From Anaeramoeba ignava BMAN (taxonomy: Eukaryota > Protista > Anaeramoebae): a stretch of 64,000 nucleotides of DNA. Positions 26,195-38,685 of the stretch are shown piece by piece. The position numbers and the translations under genes were made by a program. The stretch covers positions 1 to 64,000 of the forward strand of contig JAPDFW010000133.1 in NCBI GenBank assembly GCA_028826165.1, given 5' to 3'. Positions within the stretch are counted from its first letter, which is position 1. Every line of letters starts with the position of its first letter. A model generated the notes under the pieces. The model was not told the DNA's origin, made no database searches, and saw nothing but the letters and a program-made list of their open reading frames with translations.

Positions 26195-27331
26195 TTAATA
26201 GCATTTCTCGTGAACAATTGAAGGACCTGTTTCATCATATTCTTCTTTTGAAATCAACATAGATTGGAAAGTAGAAAGAGTAGACAAAATAGATCCACCA
26301 ATCCAAGCATAATATTTTCTTTCAGGATCAGCAATAACTTTAAATCTTACAGAAGGGTATAAATGAATCAATTCTTTTTCTATTCTTTTTTCAATTCCAG
26401 GAAAAAATGAAGATCCTCCAGATAAAACAATATTTTCAGAATAACACTGACTGAAAGAATGATCAAATTTCAAGACTGAGTCATGAATTGTTTGAGGAAT
26501 ACCTGGATGTTCGAATCCAAGAAGAGAGGGATTGAATATTGGTTCTGGACATTTAAACCTTTCATCTTCAAGTGTGATCGAATTGGTATTATCAGGAAAA
26601 TAATATTCTTTTTTAATGGAAGAAGATCTATTTGAGGAATCGGATTCTTTTTCAAAATCCAAAGCAACATAACAAAGTTTTTCTTTGATATCTCTTGCAA
26701 TTTCTCTTTCTTCTGATGTTTTAAATGAATAACCCCTTTCATTCAATATTTTCATCATGTAATCAGTTAAATTTCTTCCAGAGACGGAAGATTGAATACT
26801 TGAATGAGACATAGCATAACCATCATAAACAGTAACAATATTAAACTCACTATCGCCTAAATCAACACTGATTCCTGTTGTTCTTCCTGAAGAATAAATT
26901 GACAGAACTGATGTGTTACTTAGATACATCGCTGGAACAGCAAATGTTTCAAACATGATTTCGGTTATTTTCTCTCTATTTGCTTTTGGATTCATTATTT
27001 TCTCAGTCAAAAATACTGCATGTTCTTCAGGTGCAATTCTTAATTCTTTATAAAAAATATAATTCCATATTTTCTCCATTTCATCCCAATTTGTTATTAT
27101 CCCATGTTCTATTGGATATTTTAATTGTAATATTTCCCTTTTGGTTTTTGCTTCTTCTCCTATATAATATTCTTTTTCTAATTTTTCTAATTTTTCTCCT
27201 GAATTTCTTGTTTTTCCTATTATTGTTGAGATTATTGATCTTGGTTTATCATCTCCTGAAAATCCTGCTTTAATTGTATCTGAACCATTATCAATTACTA
27301 TTGCTAGAATTTCATCATCATCATCAGACAT
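26195..27331 (-). CDS. Divergent actin-like protein (paralog 1)
   Basis: [61 protein letters not shown]; intronless, 378 aa. Confidence 0.92.
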   Translation of the reverse strand: MSDDDDEILAIVIDNGSDTIKAGFSGDDKPRSIISTIIGKTRNSGEKLEKLEKEYYIGEEAKTKREILQLKYPIEHGIITNWDEMEKIWNYIFYKELRIAPEEHAVFLTEKIMNPKANREKITEIMFETFAVPAMYLSNTSVLSIYSSGRTTGISVDLGDSEFNIVTVYDGYAMSHSSIQSSVSGRNLTDYMMKILNERGYSFKTSEEREIARDIKEKLCYVALDFEKESDSSNRSSSIKKEYYFPDNTNSITLEDERFKCPEPIFNPSLLGFEHPGIPQTIHDSVLKFDHSFSQCYSENIVLSGGSSFFPGIEKRIEKELIHLYPSVRFKVIADPERKYYAWIGGSILSTLSTFQSMLISKEEYDETGPSIVHEKCY

Positions 27332-27408
27332 TTTAAAAAATGAAAAAAATGAAAAGAAAAAAATGAAAAGAAAAATTAATTGAGAAAAATATAAAGAAAA
27401 AAAATATT

Positions 27409-27715
27409 AAAAAATTTTAAAATTATTTATTCAGAAAAAGAAAATGAAAATCAAAATGAAAATGAAATTAAAATTCATAAATTAATTTTAATGTTAAGAA
27501 GTAGATTATTTAAAACAATGTTTCTGAGTATTCAAGATCCAATTAATCAAGTTCAAGATTATTCAGGAAAATCATTTTCAACATTAAATCAATTAATATA
27601 TTTCTTTTATCATGATGAATTTAATTATAATATGAGAATGAATTTTAATTTTATTGAAGAATTTCAAGATTTAAAAGATTTTTATCAATTAAATCCAAAC
27701 CAAATTTTCAAATAA
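27409..27715 (+). pseudogene. Duplicated 3' end of the ANK-BTB gene (near-identical to 24880-25192)
   Basis: Nucleotide identity begins at aaaaaattttaaaattatttattcagaaaaag in both places; peptide MLRSRLFKTMF...QLNPN is identical. Confidence 0.85.
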
Positions 27716-28015
27716 AAAACAACAAATTAATCAAATTTTTGATTTTAATTTTTGGATTTTTTGATTTTTGATTTTCATTTTAATTTTGATTTTTGATTTT
27801 TAATTTTGATTTTTGATTTTTGATTTGGATTTTAATTTTGATTTTAATTTTAATTTTCATTTTTGATTTTTGATTTTTGATTTTGATTTTGATTTTGATT
27901 TTGATTTTGATTTTAATTTTGATTTTGATTTTAATTTTGATTTTGATTTTGATTTTGATTTTAATTTTAATTTTAATTTTCATTTTTGATTTGATTTTGG
28001 ATTTCAAAAAAAAAA

Positions 28016-29164
28016 TTAATAGCATTTCTTGTGAACAATTGAAGGACCTGTTTCGTCATATTCTTCTTTTGAAACCCACATAGATTGAAAATTAGAAAGA
28101 GCAGACAAAATAGATCCACCAATCCAAGCATAATATTTTCTTTCAGGATCAGCAATAACTTTAATTTTCATATCAAGAGGAGCTAATTGAGTCAATTCTT
28201 TTTCTATTCTTTTTTCAATTCCAGGAAAAAATGAAGATCCTCCAGATAAAACAATATTTCCATAAAAATCCTTTCTGATAGAATGATCGCATTTCATGAT
28301 TGAGTTATAAATTGTCTCAGGAATACCTGAATATTCCAATCCAAGAAGAGAGGGATTGAATATTGGTTCTGGACATTTAAACCTTTCATCTTCAAGTGTG
28401 ATAAAATGGATATTATCAGGAAAATAATATTCTTTTTCAATGGAAGAAGATCTATTTGAGGAATCGGATTCTTTCTCAAAATCCAAAGCAACATAACAAA
28501 GTTTTTCTTTGATATCTCTTGCAATTTCTCTTTCTTCTGATGTTTTAAATGAATAACCCCTTTCATTCAATATTTTCATCATGTAATCAGTTAAATTTCT
28601 TCCAGAGACAAAATAATGAAGAATAGAATGAGGCAAAGCATAACCTTCATAAACAGGAACAATATTAAACTCACTATCACCAAAATCAACACTGATTCCT
28701 GTTGTTCTTCCTGAAGAATAAATTGACAGAACTGATGTGTTACTTAGATACATTGCTGGAACAGAAAATGTTTCAAACATGATTTGGGTTATTTTCTCTC
28801 TATTTGCTTTTGGATTCATTATTTTCTCAGTCAAAAATACTGGATTTTCTTCAGGTGCAATTCTTAATTCTTTATAAAAAATATAATTCCATATTTTCTC
28901 CATATCATCCCAATTTGTTATTATCCCATGTTCTATTGGATATTTTAATTGTAATATTCCCCTTTTGGTTTTTGCTTCTTCTCCTATATAATATTCTTTT
29001 TCTAATTTTTCTAATTTTTCTAATTTTTCTCCTGAATTTCTTGTTTTTCCTATTATTGTTGAGATTATTGATCTTGGTTTATCATCTCCTGAAAATCCTG
29101 CTTTAATTGTATCTGAACCATTATCAATTACTATTGATCGAATTTCATCATAATCATTAGACAT
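28016..29164 (-). CDS. Divergent actin-like protein (paralog 2)
   Basis: ATG at 29164 ([18 protein letters not shown]...); full actin fold, closely similar to 26195-27331. Confidence 0.92.
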   Translation of the reverse strand: MSNDYDEIRSIVIDNGSDTIKAGFSGDDKPRSIISTIIGKTRNSGEKLEKLEKLEKEYYIGEEAKTKRGILQLKYPIEHGIITNWDDMEKIWNYIFYKELRIAPEENPVFLTEKIMNPKANREKITQIMFETFSVPAMYLSNTSVLSIYSSGRTTGISVDFGDSEFNIVPVYEGYALPHSILHYFVSGRNLTDYMMKILNERGYSFKTSEEREIARDIKEKLCYVALDFEKESDSSNRSSSIEKEYYFPDNIHFITLEDERFKCPEPIFNPSLLGLEYSGIPETIYNSIMKCDHSIRKDFYGNIVLSGGSSFFPGIEKRIEKELTQLAPLDMKIKVIADPERKYYAWIGGSILSALSNFQSMWVSKEEYDETGPSIVHKKCY

Positions 29165-29250
29165 TTTAAAAAATGAAAAAAATGAAAAGAAAAAAATGAA
29201 AAAAAACAATTTTTTTTGAATTGGAATTGAAAAAAAAGAAAAAAAAGAAA

Positions 29251-31368
29251 TTAAAATAATGATAAAATTATCATTATTCCTAAAATTGAAAAATTGAAAA
29301 TAATTTCTTCACTTGAAGAAGGTGGATTTGGACTTGGACTTGGATTTGGACTTGGATTAAAAAATAAAAATTGATCAAAGCAAGATTGTAATGAATTATA
29401 ATATGCCAAATATCCATAATCTTTTGTTGGATCATAAGCATAAATTGAACTTCCAAATATCTCATCATCAACATTTGCTGTTGAAATTAATTGATTTGAA
29501 ATTGTATCAATTTGAAGAACTGATTCAAAATATTCATCTGAAGTAGAATTATAAAATTCTACTAAGAAATAAACCGAAGTATCATTAGAATTAATAAAAC
29601 TTTCAAAGAAATTGTTAAAATCTGATATATTTGATATATTTAAACAATCATTCATAACTTCCATATTAGTTAAATTTACTCTACAAATCAAATAATTATT
29701 ATAATCTCCAAAATAAATCAATTCATGACTTTTATCAAGAACTGGATAATAAACATTATATTCTGTTAAATTAGCTGTGGAAATTTGATTTAGATTTGGT
29801 AATTGATGTTTATAAATAAAATATTGTGAGCCAACTCCACTATCATTATATATCAAACAATAAAGATAATCATGAAAATAATCAAGATATAAACCTTTTA
29901 CAGTTACTTCATATGCTAATTGAAATGAATACAAAATTTGCAAATCAGGACTATTCATTTTGATTAAGTAAGCATAAAAATCGGTATTATTATAATATCC
30001 AACATAAAGAGTTTGATTTTGTTGATAAAAAAAAGTTGAACTAACTTGTACATTTGAATAAATTGTTACAGTTTCATCAATCGAGAAATTTGATAATCTA
30101 ATTTTCATAATTTTTAAATTATTATAACTCAGAAACAAATAAATGAATCCATTTATACTATCAATTTCTCCATAATAAAGAGTATCACTTAAACTAAGAA
30201 GTAAATAATCAACAAGTTCAAATGATTCAAGATCAACTTTGGCAATTATTCCACCAAAGTCACTAAAGTAAATATAACCAATTTGATTTAATTCATCAAT
30301 CAAAATAAAATCTGGATTTGTATAAGAAATAAAATTAGAACTGTTTCCTTGTGTAAGTGATGGTAAATTAATTTCAATAATTTGATAGTCATTTTTTGGG
30401 ATGTAAGCTTCTGAAACATCTGAATTAATTCCTATTGTGTTAGTATAATATCCACTCCAATTATATGAATCTTCTATTGTGAAAGTTGTTAAATTCACTT
30501 TAAAGAGATGATTATCAACAGTGGAAAAATAAGCAATTCCATTTAATAAATCAATTCCTGCTCCCATACAATTTTCTGGAGATGATGAACTAATTGAATC
30601 AACTGATGTGAAATCTGTTAAATTGATTTTAGCAATTCTCATTGAATTTTGAGCAGTTCCAAAATACATCATTTGAGTTGAATTATCAATCACTCCATAT
30701 TTTAATTTTGCAACACTTGTTAAATTTACTAAAAGATAATCAATTTGAGTAAAAGTTGATAATTCAATTTTGTAAATTGTTGCATTAGTTCCAGAACTTG
30801 TATCTGTTGAAACATATAATATTCCATTATCAACATCAATTATTGAGCCATAGAATTGATAATTTGAAAGTGTTAAATTTGATTCTTCATTCCATCCATT
30901 CAAATCAACTTTAACAATAATAATTGGATTTTCGAATTCAATATAAACTTTTTGATTGATTAAATCAATTTCAATCATATCAGCATAACTTGTATTTGAA
31001 ACACTTAATGTTAAGTTATCAATAATTTGGAATGTATTCAAATCAAATTTCAATAATATATTAGAACCATAAGGTGCAATATAAAGAAGTTTATTTTCAT
31101 TATCAATTGCTCCATATCTCCCATTTTCAAAATCAATTTTAGTATAATTCAACAAATCAAATGTGTACAAATCATATTTCCAAATATAATTAAACCCGTC
31201 ATCTCTTTCTTCAAGAAAATAAAGAAATCCATCATTTTCATCAATAAAAGTTTGATAAGGATTATTCATTATTGGAGAAAATTTGTATGAATTCAATAAA
31301 TTAACTTCAGATTGAACCAATAAAATGAAACAATTAAATGAAATGAAAAAAAGCAAAATTAAATTCAT
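29251..31368 (-). CDS. Secreted, probably GPI-anchored, repeat-rich (beta-propeller-like) surface protein, paralog 1
   Basis: Hydrophobic N-terminal signal; ~40-45 aa repeats (ID..N..LY......I.K.DL..F...D.L); many NxS/T sites; Pro/Ser spacer and hydrophobic C-terminus. Confidence 0.75.
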   Translation of the reverse strand: MNLILLFFISFNCFILLVQSEVNLLNSYKFSPIMNNPYQTFIDENDGFLYFLEERDDGFNYIWKYDLYTFDLLNYTKIDFENGRYGAIDNENKLLYIAPYGSNILLKFDLNTFQIIDNLTLSVSNTSYADMIEIDLINQKVYIEFENPIIIVKVDLNGWNEESNLTLSNYQFYGSIIDVDNGILYVSTDTSSGTNATIYKIELSTFTQIDYLLVNLTSVAKLKYGVIDNSTQMMYFGTAQNSMRIAKINLTDFTSVDSISSSSPENCMGAGIDLLNGIAYFSTVDNHLFKVNLTTFTIEDSYNWSGYYTNTIGINSDVSEAYIPKNDYQIIEINLPSLTQGNSSNFISYTNPDFILIDELNQIGYIYFSDFGGIIAKVDLESFELVDYLLLSLSDTLYYGEIDSINGFIYLFLSYNNLKIMKIRLSNFSIDETVTIYSNVQVSSTFFYQQNQTLYVGYYNNTDFYAYLIKMNSPDLQILYSFQLAYEVTVKGLYLDYFHDYLYCLIYNDSGVGSQYFIYKHQLPNLNQISTANLTEYNVYYPVLDKSHELIYFGDYNNYLICRVNLTNMEVMNDCLNISNISDFNNFFESFINSNDTSVYFLVEFYNSTSDEYFESVLQIDTISNQLISTANVDDEIFGSSIYAYDPTKDYGYLAYYNSLQSCFDQFLFFNPSPNPSPSPNPPSSSEEIIFNFSILGIMIILSLF

Positions 31369-31890
31369 TTTAATTTGTTTTAATTTAATTTTTTTTTTGT
31401 TCTTATTCTTATTCTTATTTGATTATTCTGGATTTAAATAAATAAAAATAAAAAGAAATTAAAAATTAAAAAGAAATTAGATTAAAATTAAATTAAATTA
31501 AACTAACCTTTGTTTTTTGTTTTTGTTTTTGAAAGAAAAATGAATAAGATAAAAAAAATAAAAAAAAAAATAAAAATAAAAAAAAAAAAAATAAAAATAA
31601 ATAAATAAAGGGATTAAATTATCTTTAAAATAAATAATCAAAAATTTAAAATTTTTAATTAAAAATTGTTACAAAAATAAATAAAAATAAAAATAAAAAG
31701 ATTTTTTCAACTCATCTTGTTATTTATTTTAAAAAACAAACAAAAAAAAATAAAAATTTTTTCTTATTTTTTCTTTTATTTCAATTTGTTATTATTATTA
31801 TTATTATTTTGATCTTTCTTATCAAATTGAAATTAAAAAAAGAAAAGAAATTGAAAAGAATTGGAATTGAAAAAAAAGAAAAAAAAGAAA

Positions 31891-33999
31891 TTAAAATAAT
31901 GATAAAATTATCATTATTCCTAAAATTGAAAAATTGAAAATAATTTCTTCACTTGAAGAAGGTGGATTTGGAGGTAAAGTTGAATTTGGTAAGGAGATTT
32001 GATAAAAGTAAGATTGCAATTCATTATAATAATATACCAAATATCCATAATTTTTTGTTGGATCATAAGCATAAATTGAATCTTCAAATATCTCATCATC
32101 AACATTTGTTGTTGAAATTAATTGATTTGAAATTGTATCAATTTGAAGAACTGATTTAAAATATTCATCTGAAGTAGAATTATAAAATTTTACTAAGAAA
32201 TAAACCCAATTATCATTAGAATTAATAAAACTTTCAAGGAAATCGTCAACATCTGATATATCTGATATATTTAAACAATCATTCATAACTTCCATATTAG
32301 TTAAATCAACTCTACAAATCAAATAATTATCATAATCTCCAAAATAAATCAATTCATGAGTTTTATCAAGAACTGGATAATAAACATTATATTCTGTTAA
32401 ATTAGCTGTGGAAATTTGATTTAGATTTGGTAATTGATGTTTAGAAATAAAATATTCTGTTCCAACTCCACTATCATTATATATCAAACAATAAAGATAA
32501 TTATGGAAAGAATCAAGATATAAACCATATATAATTACTTCATATGCTAATTGAAATGAATTCAAAATTTGCAAATCAGGACTATTCATTTTGAATAAGT
32601 AAGCATAATCATCAGTATTGTTATAACATCCAACATAAAGAATTTGATTTTGTTGATCAAAAACAGTTGAGAAGGTGTGTACATTTGAATAAATTGATAC
32701 AGTTTCATCAATCGAGAAATTTGATAATCTAATTTTCATAATTTTTACATCATTATAAGTCAGAAACAAATAAATGAATCCATTTATACTATCAATTTCT
32801 CCATAATAAAGAGTATCACTTAAACTAAGAAGTAAATAATCAACAAGTTCAAATGATTCAAGATCAACTTTGGCAATTATTCCATTCAAATCATAAAAGT
32901 AAATATAACCAATTCGATTTAGTTCATCAGTCAAAATCATTCTTGGATCTGTATAAGAAATAAAATTAGAACTGTTTCCTTCTGTAAGTGATGGTAAATT
33001 AATTTCAGTAATTTGATATTTATTTTGTGGAATGTAAGCTTTTGAAACATCTGAATTAATTCCTATTGTTTTAGTATAATATCCACTCCAATTATATGAA
33101 TCTTCTATTGTGAAAGTTGTTAAATTCACTTTAAAAAGATAATTATTCGCAGAGGAAAAATAAGCAATTCCATTTAATGAATCAATTCCTGCTCCCATAC
33201 AGTATTGTGAAGATGATGCATTAATTGAATCAACTGATGTGAAATCTGTTAAATTGATTTTAACAATTCTCATTGGATTTTGATAAGTTCCAAAATACAT
33301 CATTTGAGTTGAATTATCAATCACTCCATATTGTAATTTTCCAACACTTGTTAAATTTACTAAAAGATAATCAATTTGAGTAAAAGTTGATAATTCAATT
33401 TTGTAAATTGTTGCATTAGTTCCAGAACTTGTATCTGTTGAAACATATAATATTCCATTATCAACATCAATCACTGAACCGATAAATTGATAATTTGAAA
33501 GTGTTAAATTTGATTCTTCATTCCATCCATTTAAATCAACTTTAACAATAATAATTGGATTTCCGAATTCAATATAAACTTTTTGATTGATTAAATCAAT
33601 TTCAATCATATCAGCATAACTTGTATTTGAAACACTTAATGTTAAGTTATCAATAATTTGGAATGTATTCAAATCAAATTTCAATAATATATTAGAACCA
33701 TAAGGTGCAATATAAAGAAGTTTATTTTCATTATCAATTGCTCCATATTTCCCATTTTCAACTTCAGTTTTAGTATAATCCAACAAATCAAATGTGTACA
33801 AATCATATTTCAAAAGATAATTGGATCCGCCACCTCTTATATCAAGAAAATAAAGAAATCCATCATTTTCATCAATAAAAGTTTGATAAGGATTATTCAT
33901 TATTGGAGGAAATTTGTATGAATCCAATAAATTAACTTCAGATTGAACCAATAAAATGAAACAATTAAATAAAATGAAAAAAAGGAAAATTAAATTCAT
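31891..33999 (-). CDS. Secreted/GPI beta-propeller-like surface protein, paralog 2
   Basis: Same architecture as 29251-31368; identical C-terminal [24 protein letters not shown]. Confidence 0.75.
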   Translation of the reverse strand: MNLIFLFFILFNCFILLVQSEVNLLDSYKFPPIMNNPYQTFIDENDGFLYFLDIRGGGSNYLLKYDLYTFDLLDYTKTEVENGKYGAIDNENKLLYIAPYGSNILLKFDLNTFQIIDNLTLSVSNTSYADMIEIDLINQKVYIEFGNPIIIVKVDLNGWNEESNLTLSNYQFIGSVIDVDNGILYVSTDTSSGTNATIYKIELSTFTQIDYLLVNLTSVGKLQYGVIDNSTQMMYFGTYQNPMRIVKINLTDFTSVDSINASSSQYCMGAGIDSLNGIAYFSSANNYLFKVNLTTFTIEDSYNWSGYYTKTIGINSDVSKAYIPQNKYQITEINLPSLTEGNSSNFISYTDPRMILTDELNRIGYIYFYDLNGIIAKVDLESFELVDYLLLSLSDTLYYGEIDSINGFIYLFLTYNDVKIMKIRLSNFSIDETVSIYSNVHTFSTVFDQQNQILYVGCYNNTDDYAYLFKMNSPDLQILNSFQLAYEVIIYGLYLDSFHNYLYCLIYNDSGVGTEYFISKHQLPNLNQISTANLTEYNVYYPVLDKTHELIYFGDYDNYLICRVDLTNMEVMNDCLNISDISDVDDFLESFINSNDNWVYFLVKFYNSTSDEYFKSVLQIDTISNQLISTTNVDDEIFEDSIYAYDPTKNYGYLVYYYNELQSYFYQISLPNSTLPPNPPSSSEEIIFNFSILGIMIILSLF

Positions 34000-34358
34000 T
34001 TTAATTTGTTTTAATTTTTTTGTGTTTAATTGTTCTGGATTTAAATAAAATGAAATAAATCAAAATTAAAATTAGATTAACAAGAAATTAAAAAGAAATT
34101 AAACTCACGAACCTTTTTTCTTTTTTTTGGAAAGTAAAAAAATGAATAAAATAAAAAGATCAATTTTGCTATCTCTTATTATTTCTTTTAATAAATAAAT
34201 AATTTTAAAAAAAGCAAAAATTAAAATTTTTTGTTTTCTTATTTTTCTTTTATTTCAATTTGTTATTATTATTATTTTGATCTTTCTTATCAAATTGAAA
34301 TTAAAAAAAGAAAAGAAATTGAAAAGAATTAGAATTGAAAAAAAAGAAAAAAAAGAAA

Positions 34359-36460
34359 TTAAAATAATGATAAAATTATCATTATTCCTAAAATTGAAAA
34401 ATTGAAAATAATTTCTTCACTTGAAGAAGGTGGATTTGGATTTGAACTAAAAAATGAAAATTGATCAAAGTAAGATTGCAATTCATTATAATAATATGCC
34501 AAATATCCATAATCTTTTGTTGGATCATAAGCATAAATTGAACTTCCAAATATCTCATCATCAACATTTGTTGTTGAAATTAATTTATTTGAAATTGTTT
34601 CAATTTGAAGAACTGATTCAAAATATTCATCTGAAGTAGAATTATAAAATTTTACTAAGAAATAAACCGAAGTATCATTAGAATTAATAAAACTTTCAAG
34701 GAAATTGTTAACATCTGATATATCTGATATATTTAAACAATCATTCATAACTTCCATATTAGTTAAATTTACTCTACAAATCGAATAATTATAATCATCT
34801 CCAAAATAAATCAATTCATGAGTTTTATCAAGAACTGGTTGATAAACATTATATTCTGTTAAATTAGCTGTTGAAATTTGATTTAGATTTGATACTTGAT
34901 GTTTAGAAATAAAATACAGTGATCCAACTCCAGTTTCATTCTGTATCCAACAATAAAGATAATTATGAAAATAATCAAGATATAAACCTTTTACACTTAC
35001 TTCATATGCGAATTGAGATGAATTCAAAATTTGCAAATCAGGACTATTCATTTTGATTAAGTAAGCATAAAAATCGGTATTGTTATAATATCCAACATAA
35101 AGAGTTTGATTTTGTTGATCAAAAAAAGTTGAGCTAATTTGTACATTTGAATAAATTGTTACAGTTTCATCAATCGAGAAATTTGATAATCTAATTTTCA
35201 TAATTTTTAACTCAGATGAAGTCAGAAACAAATAAATGAATCCATTTATACTATCAATTTCTCCATTAACAACAGAATCACTTAAATTAAGAAGTAAATA
35301 ATCAACAAGTTCAAATGATTCAAGATCAACTTTGGCAATTATTCCATTCGAATTGCTAAAGTAAATATAGGCAATTTGAATTAATTCATCAATCAAAATC
35401 AATTTTGGTTTTGTATAAGAAATAAAATCAGAACTCTTTCCTTCTGTAAATGATGGCAAATTCATTTCAGTAATTTGATAATAATTTTTTGGAATGTAAG
35501 CTTCTGAAGCATCTGAATTAATTCCTATTGTATTAGTATAATATCCACTCCAATTATATGAATCTTCTATTGTGAAAGTTGTTAAATTTACTTTGACAAG
35601 ATAATTATTTGTAGATGAAAAATAAGCAATTCCATTTAATGAATCAATTCCTGCTCCCACACAATTTTGTGAAGATGATGTGCTAATTGAATCAACTGAT
35701 GTGAAATCTGTTAAATTGATTTTAACAATTTTCATTGAATATTGAGAAGTTCCAAAATACATCATTTGAGCTAAATTATCAATCACTCCATATTTTAATG
35801 CCATAACACTTGTTAAATTTACTAAAAGAGAATCAATTTGAGTAAAAGTTGATAATTCAATTTTGTAAATTGTTGTATTAGTTCCAGAACTTGAATCTGT
35901 TGAAACATATAATATTCCATTATCAACATCAATCACTGAACCAGTAGGTTGATCATTTGAAAGTGATAAATTTGATTCTTCATTCCATTCATTCAAATCA
36001 ACTTTAATAATAATAATTGGACTTCCGAATTCAATATAAACTTTTTGATTGATTAAATCAATTTCAATATCTTTAGCATAACTTGTATCTGAAACACTTA
36101 ATGTTAAGTTATCAATAATTTGGAATGTATTCAAATCAAATTTCAATAATATATTAGAAATATAAGGTGCAATATAAAGAAGTTTATTTTCATTATCAAT
36201 TGCTCCATTTTTGAATTTTTAAATGCATTTTTAGCGCAATTCAACAAATCAAATGTGTACAAATCATATTTCAAAAGATAATTGGATCCATCATTTCTTT
36301 GATCAAGAAAATAAAGAAATCCATCATTTTCATCAATAAAAGTTTGATAAGGATTATTCATTATTGGAGGAAATCTGTATGAATCCAATAAATTAACTTC
36401 AGATTGAACCAACAAAATGAAACAATTAAATGAAATGAAAAAAAGGAAAATTAAATTCAT
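34359..36460 (-). CDS. Secreted/GPI beta-propeller-like surface protein, paralog 3 (1-nt frameshift near 36215)
   Basis: ORFs 36143-36460 and 34359-36146 join into a full-length paralog; the segment is 1 nt shorter than in paralog 2. Confidence 0.7.
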
Positions 36461-36694
36461 TCTAATTTGTTTTAATTTAATTTTTTTTGTGTTTAATTGA
36501 AGGGATTTAAATAAAATGAAATGAAATGAAATGAAAATTAACAGAAAATTAAAAGAAAATTAACAGAAATAACTCACGAATTTTTGTTTTTATTTTTGAT
36601 GGAAGAAAAATGAAAAAGAAAAAAAAATTTTTTTTTTCAAATAAAAATAAAAATTAAAATAAAAAAAGAAAATCCACAAAAATTTTTAATTTAA

Positions 36695-37725
36695 TTTATT
36701 TAGAAATTTATTTAGAAATTTATTTAGAAATTGATTTAGAAATTTATTTAGATATTTATTTAGGAATTGATTTATAAATTTATTTAAAAATTTATTTAGA
36801 AATTGATTTATAAATTTATTTATAAATTTATTTAGAAATTTATTTAGAAATTTATTTATAAATTTATTTATAAATTTATTTAGAAATTGATTTATAAATT
36901 GATTTAGGAATTGATTTAGAAATTTATTTAGAAATTTATTTAAAAATTTATTTAGAAATTTATTTAAATATTTATTTAGAAATTTATTTAGAAATTTATT
37001 TAGAAATTTATTTAGAAATTTATTTAAAAATTGATTTATAAATTTATTTAGAAATTTATTTATAAATTTATTTAGGAATTGATTTAGAAATTTATTTATA
37101 AATTTATTTAGAAATTTATTTAGAAATTGATTTAGGAATTTATTTAAATATTTATTTAGAAATTGATTTAGGAATTTATTTAAATATTTATTTAGAAATT
37201 GATTTAGAAATTTATTTAGAAATTTATTTAGAAATTGATTTAGAAATTTATTTATAAATTTATTTAGAAATTTATTTATATATTTATTTAGGAATTTATT
37301 TAGAAATTTATTTAGGAATTTATTTAGAAATTTATTTAGATATTTATTTAGAAATTAATTTATAAATTTATTTAGAAATTTATTTAGAAATTGATTTAGG
37401 AATTTATTTAGGAATTTATTTAAAAATTGATTTAGAAATTTATTTATAAATTTATTTAGAAATTTATTTAGGAATTTATTTATAAATTGATTTAAATATT
37501 TATTTAGAAATTTATTTAAATATTGATTTAAATATTTATTTAGAAATTTATTTAGGAATTTATTTATAAATTTATTTATAAATTGATTTAGGAATTTATT
37601 TAGGAATTGATTTAGAAATTTATTTAGGAATTGATTTAGAAATTTATTTAGGAATTTATTTAGAAATTTATTTAGAAATTGATTTATAAATTTATTTAGA
37701 AATTGATTTAAAAATTTGATTTAAA
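36695..37725. repeat. 12-bp minisatellite (AAATTTATTTAG)n between divergently transcribed genes
   Basis: Direct reading; ~1 kb of variant units. Confidence 0.9.
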
Positions 37726-37822
37726 TAGGAATTTATAAATAGTTTTTAGAAATTTTTTCATTTTTAATTTTTCATTTTTCATTTTTTTCATTTTTTTCTT
37801 TTCTCTAAATTAATTTTTTAAA

Positions 37823-38575
37823 ATGAATAATCAAAAAGAAAAAGTAAAAGAAAAAGAAGAAGAAGAAGAGAAAGACAAAGAAACATTTCCAACACCAACA
37901 AAAAAATTAAAAGAAATATTAGAAAAAAAAGATGAAAAAAACAGAAAAATTGTATTAATATCAACAGGTTCATACAATCCAGTCCACAAAATGCACATCA
38001 AAACATTTGCAATAGCAAAAAAATATCTTGAAGAAAAACATGGATTGGACGTTATAGGGGGATATATTTCACCTTCACACGATCAATACACATTAGGGAA
38101 ATTAGGGGGATATAATATTCCTTTTAAAGAAAGATGCGAAATGTGTCAACTTGCAATTGAGGAAGAAGGATTGCAAGATTTTTTGTTTCTTGATCAATGG
38201 GAAGGAACTCAATCTAACTTTATTAACTTCACTACAGTTACTCGACATTTAAGACACTATCTTAAAACAACTTTTGCCAGTTCAAATATTGACGTTTTTT
38301 ATCTTTGTGGAATGGACCATTTTGTTAAGTGCAGATTGTATCATTGGGAAAAGGTTGTTGCTATGTCTCGTCCTGGTTATGATGATTCAGAACATATTAA
38401 TGAAAATGTCTCAAAAGATATTTATGTTAGTTATAATTCCGAATTTCAAATGGATATTTCTTCATCTGAAATTCGTAAAAGATTTATTATTGGAAAAGGT
38501 GTTGAAGATTTAACTTATAAATCTGTTATTGATCATCTTAAAAAAATTAATTGGTTGGATTTAAAGAAAAAATGA
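37823..38575 (+). CDS. NMNAT: Nicotinamide/nicotinate mononucleotide adenylyltransferase-like (HxxH nucleotidyltransferase)
   Basis: GSYNPVHKMH, GGYISPSHDQY, R..MC.LAI, DQWE, LCGMD, ISSSEIR. Confidence 0.8.
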   Translation: MNNQKEKVKEKEEEEEKDKETFPTPTKKLKEILEKKDEKNRKIVLISTGSYNPVHKMHIKTFAIAKKYLEEKHGLDVIGGYISPSHDQYTLGKLGGYNIPFKERCEMCQLAIEEEGLQDFLFLDQWEGTQSNFINFTTVTRHLRHYLKTTFASSNIDVFYLCGMDHFVKCRLYHWEKVVAMSRPGYDDSEHINENVSKDIYVSYNSEFQMDISSSEIRKRFIIGKGVEDLTYKSVIDHLKKINWLDLKKK

Positions 38576-38685
38576 AAGAAAAAGAAAGAAAGAAAGAATT
38601 TTTTTTTAAAGAGAAAATTTATTTTTGGTTTTCAATTTCGAGAATTTTAAATTGGAAAAAATATTATGTTTGTTTTTTGTTTTTT

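Noticed and set aside
36695-37725. CRISPR-like or telomeric array
   Set aside because: No unique spacers, no cas genes, internal position and degenerate 12-bp units
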